64,000 bases of DNA from Nannocystales bacterium. Its GTDB lineage: Bacteria; Myxococcota_A; Polyangia; Nannocystales; Nannocystaceae. Positions 1 through 9,480 of this stretch are shown one piece after another (position 1 is the first letter of the stretch; each line of letters begins with the position of its first letter). The stretch spans positions 78,433 to 142,432 of the forward strand of contig JBOEGF010000017.1 of assembly GCA_050633305.1 (NCBI GenBank), written 5' to 3'. The notes beneath the pieces are model-generated. The model made no database searches, was not told the DNA's origin, and worked only from the letters and a program-made list of their open reading frames with translations. The position numbers were made by a program, and so were the translations under genes.

Positions 1-2326
1 CCAATGGCTGGCACTCACCCCCCGCACCTGCGCGGAGATCGTCGCCGTGTTCGAACAAGCGGGTCGCGGACTTGAAGCGGCGCACGCAGCAGGGCTGGTG
101 CACTGCGACTTCAAACCGCGCAACGCGATCGTGGGTGCCGACGGGCGCGTGAGGGTGCTGGACTTCGGGCTCGCCGTCGACTCCAGTTCCGGCCGCCCTC
201 GGTGGGCTGGCACGCCAGCGTACATGTCTCCCGAGCAACGCAACGGCGACTCTGCGACCCCAGCCAGCGACCAGTTTTCATGGTGTGTCGCCCTGTACGA
301 AGCCTTGTACGGAGACCGCCCAGGGGTCCGTCCTCGCCGCCCCAGCGCCGGATCGGCCCATGTCGTGCCACGCCGGATTCGGCGCATCCTCGACCGCGGA
401 CTACGGACACATCCTGGGGAACGCTGGCCGTCGATGACCACGCTGCTGTCGGCGGTTCGGCGCCCGCCTGCACGGCGACGCCCAGTGGTGGCCGCGGTCG
501 CGTTGGGCGCTGCCTTGGCGCTGGCCGGCTTTGCGACGCAGCGCGAAGACTCGTGCCAAGCCACGAACGCATCCACGTGGGACGCGACGAGCCGCGCTCG
601 CATCCAACGTGCGCTCCGCGAAGGCGCCCCCACGGGCGAACCTGCGCTTGCGGTCCGAGTCGACCGAGTCCTGGCGCAACGCGTCGAGCAGCTGGCAAAT
701 GCGACCGAGCAGCTGTGCAAGACGGGAGCACGGATGGGGGCCAACACGCGTTCACAGCGACGCCAGTGCCTCGACCGCAGCGCCCATCACCTCCAACTGG
801 CGGTGACGGCGCTGAGCGACGGCGTCGCCCCCCTCGATGCTGCGACCCTCGTGGAACGGCTGCCCTCGGCAGCTTCATGTTTTGAGGTCACCGGCACCCC
901 CTCCCCCATGAGCCAGCAGGAGGTCGCCCTGGACCATGCCATCGTGGACGTGAGGGTCCGCAGCGATGCGGGAGACCATGCCGGGGCCCTTGCCCACGCA
1001 GCCGCCCTCCAACAACGCATCGAGGACACCGGGCACGACGCGCTTCGGAGCCGTCACGCCTATGCGTTCGCGACGGCCCACCACTATGCGGGCTCTGATG
1101 GCACCGCCTGGTTCGAAACCGCGGCCCGGCTGGGTGTCCGTGGAGGTGACGTCAAGGTCGCGGTCCTTGCCGCTCTACAGCTCGCAGGCGGCTATTCCCC
1201 CGCGCTTGCCGTGGACTTCGAAGACTCGAACAAATGGTTGCGCAGGGCCGAAGCCCTCATCGGCCAGAACACGCTGCACGATTTCCGGCACGAGCTCGCC
1301 CGCGCCCGGGGAAACGCCGCCGATACCCAGGGGCGGTACGACGACGCCATCGAATCACTGAAGGTATCGGTGGTGCTCGCCCGGGAAGCGAACGCAGGCG
1401 AACTCGTCGTCGCCCGCAACCTTCAAGACCTCGCGACCGCGCAACGCCACGCGGGGCAACTCGACGCCGCCGAGGAGACTCAGACGCTGGCACTCCGGAT
1501 GTACGAGGACGCCGTGGGGCCGCAACACCCATTCTCCGCCAGCGCCTTGGGGGAACTCGCGCAAGTCTGGCAAGATGGCGGACGGTTCGGTGAAGCTGCC
1601 GAAGCGTACGCCCGCAGTCTCGCGCTCCAAGAGGCCGCCGTTGGTCCCGATCACATCAGCGTCGCTGTGGTCGCGACGAATCTCGCGAGCGCCCACCTGC
1701 AGCTCGGAGACCCCACCGAAGCGGTGCGACTCCTCCGCCGAGTGGACTCCATCGAGCGTGAGCAACTCGCCCCAGGCCGCGCGACAGCGTCGACCCAGCA
1801 CGCTCTGGGCAACGCGTACGTCCTGCAAGGAAACCTTTCCGCGGCGAGCGAGGCGTTCACGACGGGCCTCGAGCACACGGAATCGGAGCTTGGCCGGGCC
1901 CATCCCGAGAGCGCGATCTTCTTGAGTTCGTTGGCAAGCGTCGCGCTCGATCAGGGCAACACTGCCGACGCCGTAACGTTCGCCACCGAGTCACGGGCGC
2001 TGAGGCAACGCTCCTTCGGTGCCGACGACCCGCGTTTGGCGTTTGAAGACCTTGTCCTCGCCGGCGCCCTGCTCGAGCAGGGTCAACCCGAACTCGCCCT
2101 GGAGCACGCAGAGCGGGGGGCAGCCCTTCTCGAGCACGACCCGATCCGTCCGCTGTGGCTCGCAGAGTTGGTGTACTTCCGGGCCCGAGCACTCGCGGAC
2201 TTGAAGCGTCGGGATCTCGCGCGTCAAGCAGCCGCCGAGTCGGCGGGGTTGTTTGACGCCCAAGGAGACGAGGCCAACGCGGCCGAGATCCGCAGCTGGG
2301 TCCAGGCGCTCGCCGGGCCCAGCTAG
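1..2326 (+). CDS. Ser/Thr protein kinase with TM helix and C-terminal TPR repeats (5' truncated by window)
   Basis: Frame open from nt 2 (QWLALTPRT...); [39 protein letters not shown]; hydrophobic [19 protein letters not shown]-like repeats [45 protein letters not shown]. Confidence 0.9.
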   Translation, partial: QWLALTPRTCAEIVAVFEQAGRGLEAAHAAGLVHCDFKPRNAIVGADGRVRVLDFGLAVDSSSGRPRWAGTPAYMSPEQRNGDSATPASDQFSWCVALYEALYGDRPGVRPRRPSAGSAHVVPRRIRRILDRGLRTHPGERWPSMTTLLSAVRRPPARRRPVVAAVALGAALALAGFATQREDSCQATNASTWDATSRARIQRALREGAPTGEPALAVRVDRVLAQRVEQLANATEQLCKTGARMGANTRSQRRQCLDRSAHHLQLAVTALSDGVAPLDAATLVERLPSAASCFEVTGTPSPMSQQEVALDHAIVDVRVRSDAGDHAGALAHAAALQQRIEDTGHDALRSRHAYAFATAHHYAGSDGTAWFETAARLGVRGGDVKVAVLAALQLAGGYSPALAVDFEDSNKWLRRAEALIGQNTLHDFRHELARARGNAADTQGRYDDAIESLKVSVVLAREANAGELVVARNLQDLATAQRHAGQLDAAEETQTLALRMYEDAVGPQHPFSASALGELAQVWQDGGRFGEAAEAYARSLALQEAAVGPDHISVAVVATNLASAHLQLGDPTEAVRLLRRVDSIEREQLAPGRATASTQHALGNAYVLQGNLSAASEAFTTGLEHTESELGRAHPESAIFLSSLASVALDQGNTADAVTFATESRALRQRSFGADDPRLAFEDLVLAGALLEQGQPELALEHAERGAALLEHDPIRPLWLAELVYFRARALADLKRRDLARQAAAESAGLFDAQGDEANAAEIRSWVQALAGPS

Positions 2327-2346
2327 CACCATCGACGGGAGCGCCG

Positions 2347-3693
2347 CTACGGGCGTGTCACGTAGCGGACTTCTCGAGTCTGTGTGTCGCTGTACACGAT
2401 GTGGAGCGCGTCGTCGCTCGCGATGGCGAGCGAAACTCGGTCGGAAGCACTCATGGCTACGCTCGGGTCGAGAACGGTCTGCTCAGACCAGCCCTCGCCC
2501 AGAGGCCGAGACGCGTGCTGGAGAACACTCCCCGATGCCCGGTAGACGACATGCAGGGTGCCGTCTCCCGCCGTCGCAACCGCAGGCGAAGCACCGTAGA
2601 CCCCCGGTCCGAAGACCGGCGAGACCTCCCAGGGCCCCTCGGTACCGTCCCGCCGCTGTGCGGACATCAACGTCTGTTCTCCATCGACAAAGCCCCGGTA
2701 CACCGCAAGAGGAGCACCGTTCGCGCTCACCGTGAGGCTGCCGCCGTCGCGTGTCGCTCCGACGACGACCTCATCGCTCCAGGTACCCGTCGGATCCCGG
2801 TGAGCGTAGCGAAGCACAGACCCACCGCGAAAGTCATAGGCGGCGGGTCGGGTGCCATACGACACATGTACGCCGCCTCGCTGATCGACGACGACCGCCG
2901 GCGACTCTGGCGCGGCCACCGTGCTCCCGAGATCGGAGATCGGCTGCACCTGCATGTCCCCGATCTCCCCCGTCCTCGCGGTGAGCCGGTTGGCGTTCGA
3001 GCCCGACCCATGGACGATATGCGTGTCGCTCGGACCCACTGCGATACCAACACTGTGCGCGACGGACACGGGGTCGTCGCGGTCGACCACGACGGCATCA
3101 TCGACCAACAGAGATCTCAACCGATAGCTGCTATCGACGTACGCAACGTGGACCTGCGTGTCCGCAGCGACCGCGAGGCCCCCGCGCACGTACTGCTCAT
3201 CGAGCACATGCGGCTGCCAGCCGTCGCCCTCGGCTGCGTAGGTCGGCTGCGTCCCCTGACCGACATAGACCACGTGCACACGGTCGGCGTGATCGACGGC
3301 GACACGTGCCCACGCCCGCAGCTCGAATGCGGTCGAACCGCGCGCACCGATGACCTCCGGCTCCGAGAACACGGCAGGGACACCAGCGTCCGCGATGCAG
3401 CCTTCGTCCGCGAGGCCCGACCACGTCGACCCCTGAGGACAGGTATCCCCATCCGCCCCGCAGTCTGGGTCGGGCAGGTCGCACCATCCATATGGGTCGT
3501 CGCAGAAGTCATCGTCGTACCAATCCCACGCAGCACAGATGTCGACGCCATCCGCCTTGCCGCCATGGCCCTCCGCCTGCTCCGCCTTGTCGGCGCCAAC
3601 ATCGGCATCTGGGGAGTCCTCGGTACATCCCGGACCGAGGAGAAGAAGGCTGGCAAGAAGCGCAGGGCGGCTATGAAAAGGTATTCGATTCAT
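2347..3693 (-). CDS. Secreted lipoprotein with GKADG motif and probable beta-propeller C-terminal region
   Basis: Lipobox-like LLLGPGC; GGKADG followed by Cys-rich segment; repeated blades VAVDHADRVHVVY, VVVDQRGGVHVSY, LAIASDDALHIVY. Confidence 0.7.
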   Translation of the reverse strand: MNRIPFHSRPALLASLLLLGPGCTEDSPDADVGADKAEQAEGHGGKADGVDICAAWDWYDDDFCDDPYGWCDLPDPDCGADGDTCPQGSTWSGLADEGCIADAGVPAVFSEPEVIGARGSTAFELRAWARVAVDHADRVHVVYVGQGTQPTYAAEGDGWQPHVLDEQYVRGGLAVAADTQVHVAYVDSSYRLRSLLVDDAVVVDRDDPVSVAHSVGIAVGPSDTHIVHGSGSNANRLTARTGEIGDMQVQPISDLGSTVAAPESPAVVVDQRGGVHVSYGTRPAAYDFRGGSVLRYAHRDPTGTWSDEVVVGATRDGGSLTVSANGAPLAVYRGFVDGEQTLMSAQRRDGTEGPWEVSPVFGPGVYGASPAVATAGDGTLHVVYRASGSVLQHASRPLGEGWSEQTVLDPSVAMSASDRVSLAIASDDALHIVYSDTQTREVRYVTRP

Positions 3694-3792
3694 GGAAGGG
3701 TTCCATGGGTATGGGCCTCCACGGGCGTCCCTGTAGCGCCTAAACCCCGCGGTTTGTGGCGAGTTTCTCGTGCGATGAGTCGTCGGACGCCT

Positions 3793-5007
3793 CTACGCCT
3801 CCGCGACCGAGATTGTGTAGCTCCCGGTGGAGTTTCCGATGTTGCGGACGAGCACGAACGTCATGCCCCCCGCGGTGTCGAGCGCGGCGCCTTCGGCCGC
3901 CCCCTCTGCGCCATTGTCCACCACTCCGATGGGCTGGCCGAGCCCATCGTGAACCTCGAGCTGAACGTCGTCATCCACATCCGGAACGACCTGGATGACA
4001 AACGTACCGGCGGGCAACGGCAGCTGAAAGAGATCGACGTCGGTCAGCGTGCCGAGCAGACGCGTCGCGGAGTCGCCAGCGTTGAGGATGTCGTCGTCGG
4101 AATCGAACCCGGTGTCGATCTCGCCCACACACACGGACTCCGTTTCGCTGACCGCAACACAGAAGCCCGACGCTCCGACGTTGGGGCAATCGTTGGCGAT
4201 CGCCTGGTTGCAGAACTCGGTGCAGTGGTTGTAGTCCAGACCGACACACAGACCCGACGCGCACGGTTCCGGCTCTTCACACGTCTCCCCGTACGAAAGG
4301 GCACCCAGGCAGCTGATCCCGTCGCCCTCGAAGCCATCGTCGCAGGCGCACGCAAAGTCCCCGATGGTGTTGGTGCAGCTCGCGTTGGGATCGCACGGTC
4401 CTCCCCCCAGAGCGCACTCGTCGATGTCCGCACAGGAGCCTCCATCGCCCTCGAAGCCGGGGTCGCACGCGCACGTCGGGCCCCTCACACCATCGGTGCA
4501 GCTCGCGTTGGCGTCGCAGGGGTCGTCCGCGCAGCTGGCCGCGACATCGCAGGACTGACCGTCTCCGACGAACCCGTCGTCGCACTCACACGCAAACGAG
4601 CCCTCGGTGTTGGTGCAGGTCGCGTTGTCGTCACAGTTCGCGCTCCCCACCGCGCATTCATCGATGTCTGCGCAGACGGTGCCGTCGCCATCGTAGCCTT
4701 GGGGACAAACACATAGGTTCGCCTCGCAGCTGGCGATCGGGTCACACGACGCACATGGGCTCTCGCCCTCCGTGTCCGTCGCGTCCGTCGAGGCAGCACC
4801 CGTCGTGGTGTCGTCGTCGGTCGGACCGACCTCCGTCGTGCCATCACTGAGGCCTCCATCGTCGTCGTTGACGTTCGAGTCGCCGTCGTCCGTACCCGCC
4901 GCCGCGGTCGTACTGGCATCGTTGCCGAGCGCCGATCCGGAGTCACAGCCCGTCGCGAAGGCGAGGCCCAGCGCGGCAAGAAATAGGTCACGTTGTTGTT
5001 GGATCAT
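3793..5007 (-). CDS. Lipoprotein with tandem EGF/calcium-binding EGF domains and C-terminal PPC-like domain
   Basis: Start MIQQQRDL at 5007; lipobox LAFATGC; DIDECAVGSANCDDNATCTNTEGSFACECDDGF and DIDECALGGGPCDPNASCTNTIGDFACACDDGF. Confidence 0.85.
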   Translation of the reverse strand: MIQQQRDLFLAALGLAFATGCDSGSALGNDASTTAAAGTDDGDSNVNDDDGGLSDGTTEVGPTDDDTTTGAASTDATDTEGESPCASCDPIASCEANLCVCPQGYDGDGTVCADIDECAVGSANCDDNATCTNTEGSFACECDDGFVGDGQSCDVAASCADDPCDANASCTDGVRGPTCACDPGFEGDGGSCADIDECALGGGPCDPNASCTNTIGDFACACDDGFEGDGISCLGALSYGETCEEPEPCASGLCVGLDYNHCTEFCNQAIANDCPNVGASGFCVAVSETESVCVGEIDTGFDSDDDILNAGDSATRLLGTLTDVDLFQLPLPAGTFVIQVVPDVDDDVQLEVHDGLGQPIGVVDNGAEGAAEGAALDTAGGMTFVLVRNIGNSTGSYTISVAEA

Positions 5008-5250
5008 GGTTCGGCGCTCGTGGCAGAGAGCTCGCGATCGTCCGTCGATCGCGAGCCGCACCCCCAAGAGCCGTCGACCCAGGTGCTGTAGCGATTTTTT
5101 TTCTTGGACCCAGCGAGCACCGAGGGTTCGGGTACCGCGCGGAACGCAACACCGAACCTCCCCCTCGTCCGCCAGCGTTCAACGGCCGCGCAGACCGGCG
5201 CTCAACCCTGCCAAACAGAGCGCATCACGAGCCCCCCGCCAAGGTCGCCC

Positions 5251-5763
5251 TCACCGCGCCTGCGCCTCGAGCACACGCGCGGGGATGTAGCTCAACACCA
5301 CCGCGGTCCCGTCCATGGGATCGACCGAGAGATGGGCGAGGTCGCCGGTGGACACCGCAAACGCCATGCGCTCATCCCCTCGCACGAGGTGGGCGAGCAT
5401 CCCGGTAATGCAGGGGTTGTGTCCGATGGCAAGCATACGGACGTCTGCACCCGCAACGACGGTGGCACGCTCGATCAAGGTCGCGACCGCGCCCCCGGGC
5501 GGCGCTCCGGGAACGAGCCCGGGTTCGGTCTCCATTCCCACCGGAGACTCGGCCGCCTCGAGGACCCCCTCGAGCGTCTGACGGGCGCGCACGAACGGGC
5601 TGCTCACGGCGATCGTTGGGTCCCATCCCAGCGTCTGGATGAGGTTGCCGGCCCGCTGCGCCATCGCGTGGCCCCGTCGCGTGAGCGCCCGGTGTGCATC
5701 GCCACCCTCGGAGAAATCCTTCGCCTCACCGTGGCGCATCAACATCAACTCGAACCGACCCAC
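5251..5763 (-). CDS. sixA: Phosphohistidine phosphatase SixA family
   Basis: MRHGEA, SSPFVRARQT, IGHNP motifs; ~170 aa; GTG start at 5763 chosen (ORF track 5790). Confidence 0.85.
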   Translation of the reverse strand: MGRFELMLMRHGEAKDFSEGGDAHRALTRRGHAMAQRAGNLIQTLGWDPTIAVSSPFVRARQTLEGVLEAAESPVGMETEPGLVPGAPPGGAVATLIERATVVAGADVRMLAIGHNPCITGMLAHLVRGDERMAFAVSTGDLAHLSVDPMDGTAVVLSYIPARVLEAQAR

Positions 5764-5910
5764 AACCGACGAGAATAGCAGCCGGCCCATCGTCCCACCC
5801 GCATCTGCCCGTCGCGCCCGCCCCCCACCTCCCCGTAGAGACAGTGAGCCTTCTCCGCATTTTTACCTGAGCACCGTGGGAACGCGAGCGCAGGTGCGGG
5901 ATGTAAGGAG

Positions 5911-6498
5911 GTGGTGCGAGCCCATGCGCAGACGAACTCCGGCCGGTCCGAGTTCGACCCAGACGAGCTGCGCGCCGCGCAGCGAGGGGAACACGGTGCC
6001 TTGCGACGGCTGGTCGAGCACCACACCCGGCCCGTCTTCGCGCTGCTCTCGCGGTTGCTCGGGCCGGCCGGCCATGGCGAATCCGTGGAGGACCTTGCGC
6101 AGGAGACCATGCTTCGCGTCACCACCGCGGTCGGACGCTTCGACCCGTCGGGGCCGGCGAGGCTGTCGACGTGGGTGCTCACGATCGCCACTCGACTTGG
6201 ATTGCAGCACCTCAAGCGCCGCCGCCCCGCGATCGTCGCCCCGGCCACTCCCATCCCGAGCCCACTCCCATCCCCCGAGGCACACTTGTGCGCAGACCAA
6301 CTCCGTCTCCATGTTCAAACGGTCGTGGCGGAGCTGTCTCCCGAGGTTCGCGCGGCCTTCGTGCTCGCTGACGCGCACGGAATGACGCCCGCCGAAGTCG
6401 CCGCGGCGTTGGAGATTCCTCCCGGCACGGCTCGCACCCGGATTCACCGAGCCCGCCAGCGGATCCGGGCCGCACTCGACCGAGGAGACGGAGCATGA
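5911..6498 (+). CDS. ECF RNA polymerase sigma factor
   Basis: VEDLAQETMLRV, LSTWVLTIA, region 4 EVAAALEIPPGTARTRIHRAR; SD AAGGAGG upstream. Confidence 0.9.
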   Translation: MVRAHAQTNSGRSEFDPDELRAAQRGEHGALRRLVEHHTRPVFALLSRLLGPAGHGESVEDLAQETMLRVTTAVGRFDPSGPARLSTWVLTIATRLGLQHLKRRRPAIVAPATPIPSPLPSPEAHLCADQLRLHVQTVVAELSPEVRAAFVLADAHGMTPAEVAAALEIPPGTARTRIHRARQRIRAALDRGDGA

Positions 6499-7913
6499 CC
6501 ACCGACGACCGAACCCCATTGATGCGGCAGCTCGATGCTCTGGAAGTCTGGGACGTCCAGACGCCGCCGCAAAGCTTCACCGACCAGGTCTTGACGCGCG
6601 CCCGCGGCCCGAAGCCGAAGCGCCACGCCGCCTCGCGAATTGCCGTGGCAGCAATTGCGGCGGCTCTTGTGCTCGGCCTGCTCGGCTGGTGGTCCGCACG
6701 ACAGCTCCCTGTGCAGGCGGGGTCCCTCGTCGCCACCGCGCGCCACACGGTCCCGCTGACCGCAGGCACGACCATTGTCGCGGAGCCCGGCGCCGAGCTT
6801 CGCTGGGCCGAGCGCGACGGAACGCTGGAGGTCGAACAACGAAGGGGCAGCGCGTTCTACCGGGTGGACCCACGCGACCCGGAGTTCGTCGTGCAAACCC
6901 CTGCCGGTTCGATCCAAGTCCGCGGCACCTGTTTTTCTGTAGACCTCGAGGAAGCGAATTCGCTCATGACCGACAAGCGCCCCCCCAAACCGGCCGACCC
7001 GCGAAGGCCCCTCGCCCTGGGTGCGGCCCTCGCCGTAGCCGCCACCGTCACCGTCTATGAGGGCCGCACGGTGCTCGCCAACGACTCCGGGGTGCTCGAG
7101 CTCTCCGCGGGAGAACGTGGCACCGCGCGCTCAGGCTCCGCCCCTTCTCGATCCAACCCAGCCGCCCTCAGCCTTGCGGAGCGCTCCGGTGGTCTCAGCG
7201 ACACCACGACCCAAGAGCTCCACGCACTTCGATCCGAGAACCGGCGTCAGGCGACCGAGCTCCAAGAACTCCATTCCCAGCTCGGGAGGGCCCCTGAAGC
7301 CGACGACACAACCGCGCCTGATCCCAAGAAACGCACTCGATTCTCGGCCTGGGGGCCCCCCATCCCCGAGGGGTTCGACCACTACCAACCGACCCAAGCT
7401 GCGCTCGAGGAGATGGCGGAGTGCGGCATCGTGGCCTGGGACCAGCCCCCGGTGTGGGCGGACGACCAGCAGCCCGACCCGGAGTACCTGGATGCGCTCG
7501 GGCTCACGGCGCAGGAGCGAACGATGTTCGAGGCCGCGTTCCACAGCTTCCGGAGCGAGACGATCGCGACAGCCCGAAGTTTCTACGTCGAACTCGGGGG
7601 CGACTCCGCGCTCGCCGAGGCCATCGACCCCACCGAGCTGCTCGGTATGGTCTACGGCCGGACCGACCTCGACACGCGGGAGGACAGTCGCATCGCGCTG
7701 GCCATGGAACGGGCCGGACTCGCCGAGGCTCCGTCCGAGGAGCTCCAGCCCAGCGAGCGTTTCTTGCGCTGGGATGCGAACCTCGGCAACGCTTTCGAGG
7801 CGTCCCTCGAGGAGCACTTCGGGGCACAGCGGGCGCAAGAACTTCGCGCCGCACGAGACGGGTGGCCGGGTAAGCGCGCGACGTGGGCCGACCTGTGCAA
7901 CGGGCACAACTGA
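6495..7913 (+). CDS. FecR-domain putative anti-sigma factor
   Basis: ATGA overlap with ECF gene; TM helix IAVAAIAAALVLGLLGWW; FecR-like FVVQTPAGSIQVRGTCFSV and TVTVYEGR. Confidence 0.75.
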   Translation: MTTDDRTPLMRQLDALEVWDVQTPPQSFTDQVLTRARGPKPKRHAASRIAVAAIAAALVLGLLGWWSARQLPVQAGSLVATARHTVPLTAGTTIVAEPGAELRWAERDGTLEVEQRRGSAFYRVDPRDPEFVVQTPAGSIQVRGTCFSVDLEEANSLMTDKRPPKPADPRRPLALGAALAVAATVTVYEGRTVLANDSGVLELSAGERGTARSGSAPSRSNPAALSLAERSGGLSDTTTQELHALRSENRRQATELQELHSQLGRAPEADDTTAPDPKKRTRFSAWGPPIPEGFDHYQPTQAALEEMAECGIVAWDQPPVWADDQQPDPEYLDALGLTAQERTMFEAAFHSFRSETIATARSFYVELGGDSALAEAIDPTELLGMVYGRTDLDTREDSRIALAMERAGLAEAPSEELQPSERFLRWDANLGNAFEASLEEHFGAQRAQELRAARDGWPGKRATWADLCNGHN

Positions 7914-7953
7914 CCCACAGCCGGAGTTCGAGGGGTGTGCCACACTGCGGATC

Positions 7954-8550
7954 GTGTCCGCGCTTTGGCAGCAGGTCATCGCCACCTCGGCGCTCGAGTG
8001 GTTCGGAACGCTCACCGGTCTGGTCGCGGTCGCCCTCAGCGTACGGCAGCACCGTCTCGCGTGGCCACTGTTCATCGCTTGCTATGCGGCCTATGTGTGG
8101 CTCAGCGTCGACGCGGGCTTGATCGCCGCCGCGGCGATGAACGGGGTGTTCATCATCCTTTCCATCGAAGGATGGCGGTCATGGAAGGCCGGCGAAGCGG
8201 ACGAAGACCAAGCGTTCCGCGTTCGACCTGGTTCGGTCGGCACCTGGGTCAGCGCCACCGCTGCGTGGGTCGGCGCCACCGCTGCCATCTCGATCGTCCT
8301 GCTGGTCTCGGGCAAGACCGAGTCCCCGGTGCTCGACGCGACAGCGACCGCAGCCGGCTTCGTCGCGCAGTGGCTACTCACCCGCAAGCTGGTCGCGACG
8401 TGGGCCTTCTGGCTCCTGTCGGACATCGCCTTCATGGTCCTGTACGGCCGTGCGGGCTACGGACTCACCGTGGGGCTCTTCGCGGTGTTCGTCGGCCTCG
8501 CGCTGCATGGCGCGTACACCTGGACTCGTACCACTCAGGAGGATGCATGA
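7954..8550 (+). CDS. pnuC: Nicotinamide riboside transporter PnuC family
   Basis: LEWFGTLTGLVAVAL, AWPLFI, GWRSW, LDATATAAGFVAQWLLTRK, WAFWLLSD; multi-TM; GTG start (C-terminal part of ORF 7057..8550). Confidence 0.88.
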   Translation: MSALWQQVIATSALEWFGTLTGLVAVALSVRQHRLAWPLFIACYAAYVWLSVDAGLIAAAAMNGVFIILSIEGWRSWKAGEADEDQAFRVRPGSVGTWVSATAAWVGATAAISIVLLVSGKTESPVLDATATAAGFVAQWLLTRKLVATWAFWLLSDIAFMVLYGRAGYGLTVGLFAVFVGLALHGAYTWTRTTQEDA

Positions 8551-9065
8551 ACCCCCTCACCCGAATCGTGCTCATTGGCGCGGAGTCCACCGGCAAGAGC
8601 ACCCTGGCCGCCGCACTCGCCGACGCTCAAGGCCTCCCACAGACCGGCGAGTTTGTCCGCACCTACGTCGAGGGCCTGGATCGGCCGCTGCGCAGGGTCG
8701 ACCTCGATCCCATTGCGAACGGACAGCTCGCCGAAGAAGACCGCCATCTCGACGCCCCCGCGGTCCTGCACGACACCAACGTGTTGAGCACCCTGATCTA
8801 CGCCCGACACTACTTCGGCGTCACCCAGGAGTGGCTGGAGCAGGCGTTCGCCGCCCGACACTACGCGCTCTACTTGTTCTGCCAACCCGACATCCCGTGG
8901 GCACCCGACCCAGGCCAACGCGACAGCCCCGAGGCGCGGGACGCCCAACACGAGCTCTTCGCCGCCGAACTCGAGCTTCGCGGGCTTCCCACGATCCGAA
9001 TCGCTGGCGACCCAGCGACACGGCTTCGCTCCGCTCTGAAAGCGCTCAACAGGGTCCTGCGGTGA
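8547..9065 (+). CDS. NadR-type P-loop ribosylnicotinamide kinase domain protein (AAA_28-like)
   Basis: IVLIGAESTGKSTLA, EFVRTY, DTNVLST, PDIPWAPDPGQR; ATGA overlap with pnuC. Confidence 0.85.
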   Translation: MNPLTRIVLIGAESTGKSTLAAALADAQGLPQTGEFVRTYVEGLDRPLRRVDLDPIANGQLAEEDRHLDAPAVLHDTNVLSTLIYARHYFGVTQEWLEQAFAARHYALYLFCQPDIPWAPDPGQRDSPEARDAQHELFAAELELRGLPTIRIAGDPATRLRSALKALNRVLR

Positions 9066-9478
9066 AGCTCTCGCCCAACGCTCCGTGCCCGTGCGGCAGC
9101 GAACGCAAGCTCAAGAAGTGTTGCGCGCGCTTCCATCGCGGTCGCGCTGCACCTCCCCTCCTGCTGATGCCCGCCCGCTACACCGCGTATGCGATCGGCA
9201 ATGTCGACTTCCTCATTCGCACCACGCACCCCGACGGTCCGCAGTGGAACGAGGACCGGACCCGGTGGGCCGCCGAACTCCTCACCTATTGTCGGTCGAC
9301 CGAGTTTGTTGCTCTGGCCGTCCTCGAACACGACGTCGACGAAGACAAGGGGCGCGCACACGTGACGTTCCGCGCCGAACTTCGCCACGAGGGTGCGCCC
9401 GCGGGCTTCACGGAGCGCAGCTTGTTCGTTCGCGAAGACGGTCGCTGGCTGTACCACTCCGGCGACATGAACACGTAG
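9062..9478 (+). CDS. ychJ: YchJ family SEC-C motif protein
   Basis: PCPCGSERKLKKCC, LMPARYTAY, VTFRAEL, ERSLFVREDGRWLY; GTGA overlap. Confidence 0.85.
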   Translation: MKLSPNAPCPCGSERKLKKCCARFHRGRAAPPLLLMPARYTAYAIGNVDFLIRTTHPDGPQWNEDRTRWAAELLTYCRSTEFVALAVLEHDVDEDKGRAHVTFRAELRHEGAPAGFTERSLFVREDGRWLYHSGDMNT

Positions 9479-9480
9479 CT

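Noticed and set aside
2401..4716. 771-aa + strand ORF (likewise 11061..12740, 13719..16040, 23981..25630, 33173..35272, 38023..39789, 48006..50276)
   Set aside because: Antisense shadows of motif-bearing genes; R/V/A-rich with no motifs, as expected from high-GC codon bias
5095..5102. T8 homopolymer as phase-variation site
   Set aside because: Intergenic and short, with no supporting evidence; may be a promoter A-tract or terminator tail
7057..8550. Apparent long N-terminal fusions (7057, 7935, 8450, 31687, 37177, 41578, 43148, 53345)
   Set aside because: Extensions overlap real genes or the riboswitch leader; downstream starts match family lengths
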